Position numbers and translations under genes: made by a program. A stretch of DNA of 63,980 nucleotides, the filler included, from Welwitschia mirabilis (taxonomy: Eukaryota): NCBI GenBank assembly GCA_051453625.1. It is 7 parts of one record of this genome, joined end to end, with 100 filler letters (N's around TTAATTAATTAA, not from the genome) between each part and the next. Parts side by side here need not be neighbours in the genome. Positions count along the whole stretch, not along the records: positions 1 to 15,899 come from JBOZIK010000001.1; 6 more parts are not named here. One strand, given 5' to 3'. The notes under the pieces were generated by a model. It searched no databases, was not told where the DNA came from, and saw only the letters and a list, made by a program, of their open reading frames with translations. This document shows, one piece after another, positions 1 through 12,185 of this stretch. The first letter of the stretch is position 1; each line of letters opens with the position of its first letter.

Positions 1-1583
1 TAAGAACCAAATGCGGGAAGGAAGGGGAAGGGGTTTGGAAGGGTAGAGGACGTGGAAGAAGTTGGAAAGTGGGGAAGCTCTAGGGAACAGGAATTAACAT
101 AGTTGAAGTGATTGGCAACAGAAAGAGACATTACATCAACAAGCAGTGGAATAACAAGGTTCAGATGAACGAGATCAAGATGGTCATAAGGAGTGGTTGG
201 CATTAGACTCTCTAGAATGATCTTGCTCATGAGATCCTTGAGAACATTCAGATTACGCCTCTGCCATTGGTCATGAGCTCTAGTGTCTCAACATTTTGAG
301 CACCATCACCCACTGGCATGTGCCAACTGATGGGCTCAATTCATTTATGACAAATAACCTATGACAAGTAAAGACCATCATGTATCTTATAACTAATTTA
401 GAGGGGTTCAATGTTCAAGTATCTACTGTTGGATATCCAATAAAGGGCAAATTCTATAAGTACCCCAATCATAGAATAAGGAACTTTTACAAATGTAGAA
501 TCAAGATAGCTAGTAGCCATGCAAACTTATTTTAAAGCATGTTTGAGTCATTTTCCCTTCCTAACATGTTAGTGCAACAAAGCTCTCTCAATTGAATCCA
601 CTAATTGTATTGCAAGTCAATTGATTACAGTGTTGATACTTTTATTTTTACAATGTAGTGATTAATAATAGTAGATGTTAAATAATAGTGTCATTGCAAC
701 TTAATATTACTATACTTAGTTGTCCCTAGGATCAACTTGTGTGTTGACATGGTAAGGCAATTTAGTTAATCATTTTGATTCCACTGTTAATCTTTAATAG
801 AGTTCAGGTATATAACACGCTATAAGAATAGAGTGACAATAGATTGTCAAGAGTCACTATAGATAAGATATTATCTAAAAGGTAAAATGACCCAAAGCCA
901 TAGCTGGTAAATGATGGCTCTCTTCCATAGAATAGGACATCAGATATCCATCATTATGGTAGTGGTATTGGAAATGCCATTTTGACGTACTAAAGATTGA
1001 AAGCAAGAGATCATCAAGTTAGCAAAAAAAGACAGGTCTTAAGAATCCAAACAAGGAGTTCATTCTAAATGATTTCAAATAGGAACAAAAATGAACCACA
1101 AGTGAGCAAATGGCCCAATAGCTTACAAATGCAATGGAAATAAAACAACAACAATAGGAAAGGAGAAAATAAAATATCAATCAAGAACACACTAATTTAC
1201 ATGGAAAACCCTCTAATGTAGGGGTAGAAGCCATAGGAAGTAGTTTGAGCTCTTATTATTACAAAACAATGTCAAGTGCAATGTCACTCATGAAAGCACA
1301 CAACACTTCAAAAATGAATATAACGCCCTAAACGTAAACAAGGACTTGAATACCTTTTTCACAACTCGCTAACCCTAAAAGCTTCTTCTGGTTAAGGCCC
1401 CCTTTTGTAATACTAAAATCAAACACCTCTCAATATGATTTTGTAGCATAACCACTTACAACATAGAGGCAAGTTTAATATAGCAAAAGGATGCATAACA
1501 TGGATTATAACGATAACACAAGGCAATTTTCCTTCACACTTCATAAACTTTAGCCAAATTTTCTTCATAAATTCAACATTACA
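1..1583 (-). mobile_element. Very degenerate Copia LTR-retrotransposon remnant; candidate LTR 1130-1583 with internal debris to the left
   Basis: TGCAATG(1130)...CATTACA(1583) terminal inverted repeat; TTTACATGGAAAACCC motif typical of reverse-oriented Copia LTRs; GCTTACAAA just left of the LTR resembles a deleted GCTCTGATACCA PBS; scattered minus-strand peptide traces (VLY-PEL, FIGYP). No continuous ORF. Confidence 0.35.
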
Positions 1584-3466
1584 ATGTCTCCATAAAAATT
1601 GTCTATCCAAATATGAGGTTAGGGCTTTCAGCTTCGCATATATCAAAATCTCCTAACTCCCCAAAAAGTTGTGCAAGAGGTATACTAATGGTAAAACTTC
1701 ACTTCCCCTTTTAAATTGTGTGGCAGAGGTGACAAATCTATAAATGTTGTAGTGCCAAGGGAGCTTGAATGGTGAAAAGAATAATCAAATTCTTAGCATA
1801 TGAATTGGACAACAATAGCACCTTCTGATTACAAAGCAATTCTAGAATTTATTGACAAGGAAGCTCCCCAACAAACCAAAATTACAGAAATAAAAGGCAA
1901 GAAATAAAGAGGAATTAGTTTACTTGTAGCAATGTACTTATAAATTTTAGGATCTTCTGAAAACAACATAAGGGAATAGAGAAATTATTTGTTTCCTCCA
2001 AATAATTTGTTTTGCTTCATTTATCTCCTTTCTGCCGTTCTCCCATTTTTGCTGGATTTCTCTTTTGTAAGGATCTTGCATGGTAATTTAGGCACCTCCA
2101 CAATAAATTAAAACTTTTATTAGTCCATTGATGTTGAAATGGTGGAAAATGGAAACATCTCTTTTATTGTATTTGGAAAGCTAAGCTTGAAATGTTAAGT
2201 TTTAAAGGATCCCCCATTTTATCTGGTTCTGTTGAGTATCAATAAGCACAAAAATTAAAAAATTGTTATTTAATTCAAATATCATGATGACATGCTGTCC
2301 TTTCCATTGCTAAGCTCTAAAGGATGTTTTCATAATCGATTAAACAATGCACATCTTTATGATTCATCAATATCCTGCAAATGCAAATATCAATTAACAC
2401 AGAAATGTTGGGTAATCCATGCCTCAACAAAAACATAACAGCAAACACTACAGGTGTAAAAACACAACTTCTAAGACTAAATTGAACTAGTTATAGATAG
2501 CAAATATAACTTGTCAGCTTGTGGCTCAAAAGTGAAAAGCTTCTGCAACTAGAAAAGGACTTCTATATAAGAGTAAGCTGGGTAAGGAATGGTTGGGTAA
2601 TGAAGATTATCATGAACTGCAATTATCCTGACATAACTCCCAATTCAGNNNNNNNNNNCAGGAGGAAAAGAAAATAGATAAAACAGTGTTGAGACAGTGA
2701 ACATAACATAAGAATTTGTAGGGGCACTTAAGTAGCAAAAGTCAGATCTGAACCTGAGCTATTATACTTCAGCCTAGCCTAACTTCTGAACTGGTGTATG
2801 AAGTGGTTTAAGGCAATCTTAACCATGAAGAAGCCAGTGGACAACAGTAATTTCGAACATGAAATCACAATTATTAACCTGATAAACAATGTATGAATTG
2901 GATGCAAATCATGATGAAATAGGAAAGAAATTAAATAAGAAACATTCACACGATAAGCGCAAACTTGAGATGGTTGTTTGATTGTAATTTGGATGAAATC
3001 ATGAACTAAATAAAGATCAGAAAGAATAGTTAAGGTCACAACTAGAGATCTACCTTCAAATTGTGGCAAAAAGATAGCAAGAAAGTGGCATTTGTCTTAA
3101 AAGCAGGCTTGAACTAATAATATTTTACATTAGATTTAACTTGAAGGGATTATTCAGGTCCAAATGTAAGTGGCTGAACCATGACTATATGAGATCTAGG
3201 TTTGCCAGAAAAATGTTGGCAATATGTCTGATCGGATGCAAGGGACTAAGAGAAAGATGTTTTCCACCAATTTCCTATCTCTTCTTGATNNNNNNNNNNT
3301 AGAGGACACAGTCAGGTCTGCAGGGCTTCTCCTGCTTAGAAAGATGCCTAACCTCTGCGTCGGTTCTGAGCAAGTCAAGCACATCATCCAGAACTATGAC
3401 TATGACAGCAGGAAGAGATGGTTTTATGGCATTATACAAAGTGAAGGCAGTGGAACAATGATGCTC

Positions 3467-3580
3467 TTATTTTGGGACAATGATGCTCTTATTGTGGGTT
3501 CTAAGGACATGGCCTCTTGGTTCTTATTGTGGGACAATGATGCTCTTATTGTGGGTTTTAAGGACATGGCCTCTTGGTTC
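3467..3580. repeat. Tandem duplication, 2 x 57 bp, with a partial extra copy upstream
   Basis: TTATT(T/G)TGGGACAATGATGCTCTTATTGTGGGTT(C/T)TAAGGACATGGCCTCTTGGTTC at 3467 and 3524; it accounts for the repeated peptide in ORF 3224..3583. Confidence 0.9.
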
Positions 3581-4793
3581 TAGCTGCTAACAGTTGCTTT
3601 CAGGACAAGAGTTGACAAGATGTGCCCTACTGCTTTCCATATCAATCAAAAAGCAGACTGTATGACTAAGAATGAGCAGGGGAAAGCATCCTCAACCTTT
3701 AGAAACCCACAGAGACACTCTGCTGCTTCTTGTGGGAACCCACACACTCTCTTTGCTGCTTCTGTTAATCTATCTTAAAACGGCACCACCATAAGTAATC
3801 AGTTGTTTGAGACAATGTGCAAAATGGTGAAGTGGGACCTAATACACATAGGGTGACTATATTTTGGAGCACATCTATGGCACCTTTCAGAACTTTCCCA
3901 AAAACCACTTCAAATAGGTGCCCTATCTAGTTTGATATACAGTTGGCCAGTGTGATTTAGATTTTCAAATCCAATCTATAGGGCATAGGATACCTCTACA
4001 GACGAAACACATCTCTTTAGTAGGGTTTAGGTTTTAAGGTGCAAATCAAACATTCAACAACCTCCCTGGGAAAAGGTGGTCAACACAAAGCTCTTGCTTC
4101 AAAACCAAGCGTTGAAAAATTAAATGTAAGAAGAACTTGAACGCATTTAGGAAGAAAAAGGTAATGATGGTGAGGGGAAGTGTGGTGGCAATAAACAATA
4201 GCTGGAGGAGATGGAACAATGAAGTGAGCAAGACAAGCAAGATTAGCGGCAACAAGCAATAGCTGGATGAGATGGAAAAATGAAATGAGCAAGAGAAATC
4301 ATATGAGGACAAAAAGCAAAGAAGAACACTAAAGACAGAGATGGGTAATGAAAAATAAAGAGAGGGGAGAAGAGAAGGAAGACAAGTCAGATGAGGAAGG
4401 GTAGTGAATGCCAAATGATGCCATGTAGTGTTAGGCCTTTATCAATTAGATTAAATTCTTGTTGATTGTGAAGTTCGCCCCAAAGCATGATCAAATTGAC
4501 CATAGATGAATTCTCTATTCATGATGACCATATCAATGATCTGAATGTCTGATTTGAACTCAGAGCTTAGATCCTAATGGATCCANNNNNNNNNNNNNNN
4601 NNNNNNNNNNNNNNNNNNNNNNNNGTTTGTGCTTGAATCAATAAGAAAAGGTCTCTACAAGAAATGTACCACAATAGATGCTTTGCAAAATCCATGCCTT
4701 GGTGGAACTATGCCAAAAATGTGAATAACAAGAGCAAGCAAAAAAGAAAAAGAAGACAGAGGTAGAATTGGGTTAAAGACGTGAATTAAAATT

Positions 4794-5233
4794 TGTAACA
4801 AGGTTAATTGTGTTATAAATCAAGCAAAGAATGCAGCAAGAGAAACATGAACAAGCAAATAAACAATTTAACAAGGTTTAGGCCCTTTCTACCCTACTTC
4901 CTCTAGCCAACATAGAGCTCTATTAGATCCACTGCAAAACCAGCAGTCATAAGGAACACGAACTGTTCTTCTAGCTGAAGCCACACCCCATAGGCAGAAT
5001 GCAAAATGACTCCATCCACAATGACACCCTCACAAGGAAACCCCCAGCCCCTTTTTGTAGCGTTAGGGTTTAATACAAGACTCTAAAAAATATTGACCCT
5101 ACACACTTTCCTGTTGCTTTTCCTTTTTTGACCCAGTTTACAAGTTGAACTTACAGAGAAAGATGCAGTCCAGACCAGATCAAGATTGTCGGTTTCTCAG
5201 CATTTGTGGGAGGCAAGATTTAAGGTCGTTACA
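4794..5233 (-). mobile_element. Candidate solo LTR (440 bp), Copia-type
   Basis: Perfect TGTAAC...GTTACA termini; flanks AAATT / AAGTT (4/5 TSD match); internal ACAATTTAACAAGGTTTAGG..CCCTACTTCC resembles the reverse-orientation Copia LTR motif. Confidence 0.55.
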
Positions 5234-5904
5234 AAGTTTAGTAAAGATATTTAAATTGATTTCACAACAAAAAGAGTTAGGCAGAGCCTTTTGGTACTGA
5301 TGGGTTCATCCCACTGTTCCCAAGATATTGTCACAATCAGGATTTGATATGCTGTAAGACAACCAAGATTGTATTACATGAAGAACCACAACTTTTAGTA
5401 TTTTGCTAGCATTCTTATTTACAGATTCCAAATTCCTGGAGAAAAACAGTCAATCAAACTTTTCCACGATTATATTCAAATAAATATATCTAGGTTTAGA
5501 AACCAGATATCTGAAANNNNNNNNNNNNNNNNNNNNNNNNNNNNNNNNNNNNNNNNNNNNNNNNNNNNNNNNNNNNNNNNNNNNNNNNNNNNNNNNNNNN
5601 NNNNNNNNNNNNNNNNAAGATATCTGAAAAGCTAATGTTAAGATGTCGCTTGTTTCATTAAAATAATAAGAAAAGAAGCCCCAACCAGAGGTTCAGCATT
5701 CCCCCAACGCCGTCCCATTTTTGCGTGTCCTTATCATTTTTGTGTGTCCTTATCATACAATTTTGTTGTTTTCTTAATGTAGACCTTGTTGTCTTCATGT
5801 TTACAATGTTGTTGCATTCTGATCATATGTTGTTATTAGGTTTCTTGTACTTACCCTTCTTGAAACAGCGTTTTATGGGTCAAAGTCATATCAAGTGCAT
5901 GAAA

Positions 5905-6175
5905 AGCAATAGAAAAAGTTGCAACAACAGAGAACTTTAATGGCAAGAACTATGGGCTATGGTAGATGATGATTTTTCAGAGTTCTTAAATGTACATGAT
6001 CTAGAGGTTACTTTGACCTACAAGTAAATCTCCATGTTCAGTGATGATTGGACATGATCGGATCATCATGACTTGAACTAGTCAAGAAACACATTACAAA
6101 TTCCATATTCCCTAAACTTCACCATGAAAGTTTGACAACCACATTGCTTATTGATGTAAAGTTTGAAACACAATT
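5905..6175 (+). pseudogene. Copia gag remnant (Tnt1/Tork-like N-terminus)
   Basis: Translates to ATTENFNGKNYGLW*MM (cf. EKFDGxNxFxLW) and later PKLHHESLTTTLL (cf. PxSYExLxTTLL); stops and frameshifts present. Confidence 0.45.
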
Positions 6176-7107
6176 CACATGCCATAAGGTGTCTTTTCAT
6201 AGGACTGATATGCAAGAAGAAGAAAAATTCAAGAATGGGCTAGCATGGCTCAATTCACCAATGAAGAACCTAAGTGCCATTGATGTTAAAATCCTAACCA
6301 TTGAGTAAGCAAAAGACTTTATATCACTCTTTACCAAATAGTTGTTTTCTGTGAACACCAGTGGCACCAACACATTAGCTCTGATGGAAGGAGTTTTAAG
6401 TCTTTGTTTATCAATTTCGAATTTTTATATTTATTAACTTGTTCCTATCCATCACACAAATTGTTAGCTGATGGTTATGGTATATAATCATGATTGAGCT
6501 ATAAATTCTTCTCATTAATAATTTGTATTGTCTTTAAAAACAACGCCTTAACAAATTGGCTTTAGGAATGGCACTTTCCCCTCTGCTCATTACAGTTCTC
6601 AAAACTAAAAACTTAGAAAAAAGGACTTGTGCTGTTCTCAAACTATTTTCATTGGGAAGAGGGGCTCTTTTTGTTCTTTCTTTTGCAAAATACAAGTGGC
6701 CTTAGTTAGTTTGACAGGTATGCCTCGTGTCTAATTTGCAATTCTTTCATGCTTCAAGAAAGTCCTAAAGGAAATGTAAATTCTCATCGGAAATTTGCTT
6801 AGTTTGGAGAAAAGGGATAGGATAAAATTCGTCTTACTAACTAAATGACTATGGCTTCTCTTGAATTTGTAAGCTATTTGGGTCTAGGAAATATGAAATG
6901 AATCATGTCAGTAAATCTACTTTAGCTAAATAAAATAATAAACATATATCATTCGACATGATGTAGAAAGTATATGGAGTTTCAATGTCATTTTGCATGA
7001 TGAAGATACCTTGGATGGCTGTAGAAAATGAGTATATTACTATATTTCCATGGTAGCATCAGCCCTCATTATAGGATTTGCTTATTGTATAAATATGGAA
7101 GTTTCTT

Positions 7108-8613
7108 AGTCCTTATTGATGATAAGACGACAATATCAGATGTCATGGAGTGGTTATGTGAGCCACATTCACAGTCACAACCATCATCTAGTGTAGAGCC
7201 AGAGCACCATGGATCTAGTAGCACCCTTGCTCATCCAACTCGCTACATTCGCAATGTTAGATCTTNNNNNNNNNNNNNNNNNNNNNNNNNNNNNNNNNNN
7301 NNNNNNNNNNNNNNNNNNNNNNNNNNNNNNNNNNNNNNNNNNNNNNNNNNNNNNNNNNNNNNNNNATGGGACTTGATTGATAGAAGGTGGAATAGGCAAC
7401 TTCACCGACCATTGCATGCAGCGGCTTACTATTTGAACCCTCATTTTGTTCATGTAAAGGAGGGTGTTGATTTTCATGTAGATGAGGAGGTCAAGGTTGG
7501 ATTCCTTGATACTTTATCAAAGCTAGTTTCAAATGAGGAGTTACAAGATATCCTTTGGGAGCAACATCGTAAATTTGTTGCAGATGAAGGGGCTCTATTA
7601 AGTAAACCCATTGCATGTAGAAAGGTACATAGCTTATCAGCAAGTATGTTCAATAATTTAATTATTTAATCACTAATATGTTGATACTTGATTCTTTATA
7701 ATAAATGGTAAACTTACTCTTATATTTAACATTTTATGCAGCCCAATGGTGGGAAGAGTGGGACGATAGCACCCCTGATCTCAGGAAGCTTGCAATCAAG
7801 ATTTTGAGTCAACCTTGTAGTGCTTTTGGATGTGAACGTAACTGGAGTGCATTTGAGCACATTTACAGGAAAAAGTGCACAAAGTTGATCATGCATAGAT
7901 TGGATAAACTTGTATACGCATATTACAATTTGAAGATTAGATTTAGAAGCCCTTCCCGATTGAGAATGAGAATGCTAATCTTGATGCACTAATTGATCTT
8001 ATTGATGATGAGAAGAAGATATCAGATGTCATGGAGTGGTTATCTAAGTCACAACCATCATTTGGTGTAGAGCAAAGCACCATGGACCTAGCAGTAGCCT
8101 TACTCATCCTAGCCGCTACATTAGCAATGTTAGATCTTTTGGCATGCAGCCAGAGCTTACAACTACTGAGATTGAGGAGCTTGAAAGGATTGTAGAGGAA
8201 GAAGCTAGGCAAGTCCAAATTGCCAAGTTCCAACCTCGTGGAGGAAAGGGCTTTAGACATCATTGATTTACGATTCGATTTGTTTCCTTGGAGTTGTTTT
8301 GTAGGTTGTGGCATTGCGCTTTGTGGCTTATACTTTGTATGCTTTATATAATGTAATCATGAATGTGACTTTATTCTGTCTTGACCATGATCTCACGACT
8401 ATGTATTGTGGATTGTAAAATATACAAATACATTACGAGAGAGATGTTTTTGGGAAGTTCTTAGTTTTTTAATGTTGTTTTTGGGCTTACTGATGGTTAA
8501 AATGCTATATATATGTTAACTCCACTATTCTGGGCGATTCGAAGTGATTCTGGGTCATTCTGGTGATCTCTGGAGAAAACGATCCCGCCGCACTTCCGCA
8601 TTTTAAAAGTGTG
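7108..8613 (+). mobile_element. hAT-superfamily DNA transposon, 3' portion
   Basis: Contains hAT transposase C-terminal exons; GC-rich subterminal GCGATTC/GTGATTC-like repeats at 8530-8600; candidate right terminus TTTTAAAAGTGTG ending 8613. Left end not identified. Confidence 0.7.
7367..7950 (+). pseudogene. hAT transposase fragment with dimerisation domain; intron 7644-7741
   Basis: WDLIDRRWNRQLHRPLHAAAYYLNP...; removing a GT(7644)..CAG(7741) 98-bp intron joins in frame to TQWWEEW..TPDLRKLAIKILSQPCSAFGCERNWSAFEHI..RLDKLVYAYYNL (Dimer_Tnp_hAT signature). Confidence 0.9.
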
Positions 8614-8781
8614 ATTAAGATACAAATAGTTGAATGCATTATGACATCGAGAGGACCCTACCAAGGATAAATTAAAACTGCAACAAGGTAAAATATCGAA
8701 TAATGGAGAAACATCACTTCAGCTATGTTTACAGCTGTTCCACTTATTTCTTTGCTTCACCAATATTACAAACTAGTGCCA

Positions 8782-8953
8782 ACAAAGGTGTAAGGGTGGA
8801 AATATACAGACAGAAACAGTAAATGAGCCACACTTCAAAACCGAAAACCAAGATAATGCATTTACAGAGATGTAACGGTTGAAATATACAGACAGAGACA
8901 GTAACTGAACCAAACTTCAAAACCTATAACCAAAATACCGCATTTACAAAGGT
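8782..8953. repeat. Diverged tandem duplication, 2 x 82 bp plus start of a third unit
   Basis: ACAAAGGTGTAAGGGTGGAAATATACAGACAGAAACAGTAA... at 8782 and ACAGAGATGTAACGGTTGAAATATACAGACAGAGACAGTAA... at 8864; ACAAAGGT again at 8946. Confidence 0.85.
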
Positions 8954-9497
8954 AGACAAATGTCATATCATTTCGCTTTGTATCCACCTTAGGTTATGTG
9001 AAAGGCAACCCTGCTAATGTTAGGCCGCGGAAAATCAATTCTACAGTATTCGACCATAAATACTTATCCTCCATTATAAGACATGACCTGAAATTAAATC
9101 TTGATGACAACAGCATACAGTTCATTTATAAGCAAGTTAGAAGAAACAGTTTATATGTAAGTTAACTCAAGAAACATAGCAGAATTTGCTACTGCATAAA
9201 CAACTGACAGTATCTTTTGCTCTCACAGGATGCAACACAAAATATTGGAATAAACAGTTAAAACATATTATTAGAACAGACAATTAAATAACTTCAGAAT
9301 GCAAAATTATACATCAAGGCCAGACCACAGACAATAATTTTTCCTTTCATAGAAATTCCGGTTCTCACTTTCTTTATACAGGACGCACTGAAATATAAAA
9401 AACGAACAAACTGGACTTATGTTGAAGAATGAGGATGAATAAAACCTGCGTGAAAAGACTCAATAATTAAGCTCCCGCTTTTAATGAATTCGCTTAC

Positions 9498-9700
9498 CTG
9501 AGTCCCTCCTCGTCTTGGTTGCGAACTGAAACGTGAAATCTCCCAAACTGTCACCTCCAACACCTGCGGACTAGCACCACTTTAAACCCTGCCGTTAATA
9601 AATATTTTGGCTCTGCACGATCTATGAATGGATTCTTTCAGACACAGAGAGTTTTCTGGGGTGGACCTTGGGGACGGAAACTTTCGTGGTACGTGTTTTA
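9498..9700 (-). promoter_or_regulatory. CpG-retaining segment; candidate promoter / first exon ending in a strong splice donor
   Basis: Many CG dinucleotides in an otherwise CG-depleted window; minus-strand CAG|GTAAGC donor at 9498/9497; AAACCCT telo-box-like and GTGGACC TCP-site-like motifs. Confidence 0.4.
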
Positions 9701-10732
9701 CAATGATGTTCTAATTTTAAAGACCAGGTAGGGAAAGGTTTGGATGAGGTGTTAATCATTGGATACTATCTTCCTTTTAAGAGTTACGGTTTTAAATGAC
9801 TTGTTTGGTATATAATAAGGTATTATATATGGTTGTTATATTTTTGGGAGAGGGTTATGGCTACTAAAGTTATGAGTTTGACATTCTTCTAATATGAACT
9901 CAACACATAATATAGTTGTTTAACTCATATTTATAATAGGTGAGCTTCAACAAATAACGCAGTTCATTTGATCTAGATTTATAATCAGTAAGCTACGTTT
10001 GATTTAAATTCTATGGTTTATGGGTGGGGTTTTAATTTTACCCATGTATGTAAAGTGTTCTAGGTGAGAACTTTCATGTTCTAAGTACCAATTACATATA
10101 AGACTTAGTGTATTAATATGCGCCCATTGGGAGCTTCAATGTTTTGGGTATAAACCAGAAGCAAGACTTGGACATTTGGTGGCCAACCTCCATGATAGAA
10201 AGGGTCTTGTATGGGTTTTCATTCAATCGAGCAAATGAATAACCCTAGAAAATGCAGTATGGTTTCCTATAAATTAACTTTTTTAAAGAAAAATGTTAAT
10301 AAGTAATATAAAAAGATTGATGTTTAGTGTGAGAGAAATTGTTATAGTCTAGATCTCTACTGTGTTAGCTAACTTGAATGCTATAGAAACTCAAAGAAAA
10401 GTATTTAACGCTTTATGATGAAGAATAAGTTATAATATTAGTATTTGATAATTATCTGCTTAATAATGAAGAGGCAACATAACTTTGGTTTATAGAATTA
10501 TGCGTTTAAATCAAAAGCTCATGCTCAGTATATGTTTTTGTAGTAGTGACGAACTATTTTTTACTATGTTTCCGTTTCCTCTTTTTTCCTTTGGTCTTTG
10601 TACATTGTTGCTCTTAGACAAATTTCTTGCATATAATGCACTTATTCATCAATTCACTTATTTATAGTGATTTTTTATATTTTTAATAAAAAAATTTTTA
10701 AGGTCTAATGGCTATCACCATAAAAGTAATTA

Positions 10733-10920
10733 ACTAATGGATTAATAGGACAACTAGTGGGACACTCATCCTCCATTCCGGGGGTCATGCTTTCAAATCT
10801 TTAAATGTCCTATTTCACATACTATGGGGTCTTATGTATAATTAAATCATTCTTTTGGGCTATCGCTGTGGTTATACTTCTGTGTAGAGGTATGGTCACT
10901 AAAACTTATGAGTTCAGCAT
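10733..10920 (+). mobile_element. tRNA-derived SINE-like repeat, copy 1
   Basis: ACTAATGG..TAGGACAACTAGTGGGACACTCATCCTCCATT..GGTCATGCTTTCAAATCT head, followed by a tail (ATAATTAAATCATT..TTTGGG..GGTTATACTTC) shared with copy 2. Confidence 0.55.
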
Positions 10921-11400
10921 TTTTTACCCCATAAAATAAAATCTATTAGCACTAGATCTTATTAGCTATACATGAAGACTAGAGCAATTTTATATTGTAA
11001 CCATCTAAAATGAAAACTATCCTAAATTAGATAACTACAAATTGAGTAAAATATATGAAAAGGTAACAGGAAACTAAATGCTTAGGGATCTAATTATAAT
11101 AATAAATGATGCAAGCTAAGTTAACTCCATTTACTTAGAATTAGAGACTTTATCAAAACTAATCAAGTATTTTCTTAGTTCACATTTGTAATTACCTTCA
11201 ATTCTCTTGCTCTAATAATTTATCTTATGTATATAGCTACTTCTTATGAGATTTCCATATGTTGTAGTTGGTATGGATTGGAATTTGTTTAGACCTAAAA
11301 ATATCTTGTGATTTTATGTATGCGAAGTCAAGGAAAAATCTTTATTTGTTTAATAAAAGTTTTTCCTTTTTTGATTTTTTTTCTCATAATACATCAAACT

Positions 11401-11570
11401 ACTAATGGAATGGTAGTCCAATTGGTGGGACATTCATCTTTTGTTAGGATTTTATGAATTTGAACTTTTTCATGTCTTGCTTGACATACATTAAGGCTTT
11501 ATACATAATTAAATCATTTATTTGGGTGATCATAGGGGTTATACTTCAAGGTAAAGCTACCATCATGAAC
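11401..11570 (+). mobile_element. tRNA-derived SINE-like repeat, copy 2
   Basis: A-box-like TAGTCCAATTGG, D-stem GTCC..GGAC, decayed B-box; tail alignable with 10810-10900. Confidence 0.6.
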
Positions 11571-12042
11571 AAGGTTTCAATGTCTTAAATAATAACATCA
11601 AGCTTTATATTATTAAGTGGAATTTTCGAAATAGTCATATATAATTCATGTCAAATGAGTTTTGCTCAATTAGTAAGATAAGGAATTCATCCTCAAAAAC
11701 TTAAGGTTTAAATATTACTTTAAGTGACATACTAGAGACATTTGTCACCTTATCATGATGGAATGAAAAAAATTTACAATGTTTCTGTAATACAAATGTC
11801 CTAAGTTACTATTATTATTAGGTGTTTAATGGGATATTAACACTTATGAGCTCCTTGTATTAAGTTTTTTAACTTCCTGCTTTCCTTCTTTATAAAGGTT
11901 CTATGATACCTTAGTGTTGATAGATTATCTAAGATAAGTGTAGATCTATAGAGTAGCAATTACATTTCTTCCCAAACCAAGCAATATATTGGGGGAATGT
12001 TGAATTCGAAACTTTTAGTAAGCATACCTCCTCCTAAAAATA

Positions 12043-12185
12043 AAGCCATCACAATGGTATAAAGAAATGCTTTATTTACATCTAGGGCCTTATAATATGT
12101 CAAGCATGGCATCTAGAGATTCAAACACATGATGTCCTAAATGGAAAATGAGTGTCTCACCAATTTGACTACCAACCTATTAACC
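12043..12185 (-). mobile_element. tRNA-derived SINE-like repeat, copy 3
   Basis: Reverse strand reads GGTTGGTAGTCAAATTGGTGAGACACTCATTTTCCATTTAGGACATCATGTGTTTGAATCTCTAGATGCCATGCTTGACATA, homologous to copies 1 and 2. Confidence 0.6.

Noticed and set aside
2280..2374. C/D box snoRNA (TGATGA on both strands)
   Set aside because: No properly spaced CTGA box D or terminal stem.
3224..3583. 119-aa ORF with repeated WDNDALIVG peptide
   Set aside because: The repeat comes from a 57-bp DNA tandem duplication; the ORF crosses a gap and has no recognisable domain.
4046..4414. Hydrophobic 122-aa ORF
   Set aside because: Antisense reading of an AG-rich low-complexity stretch.
9560..9720. Telomerase RNA (TAAACCCT template-like motif)
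   Set aside because: No upstream TCCCACATCG/TATA Pol III promoter and no recognisable plant TR conserved regions.
10733..12185. Functional tRNA genes
   Set aside because: Stems and B-box are broken and the copies share a non-tRNA tail; treated as SINE-like.
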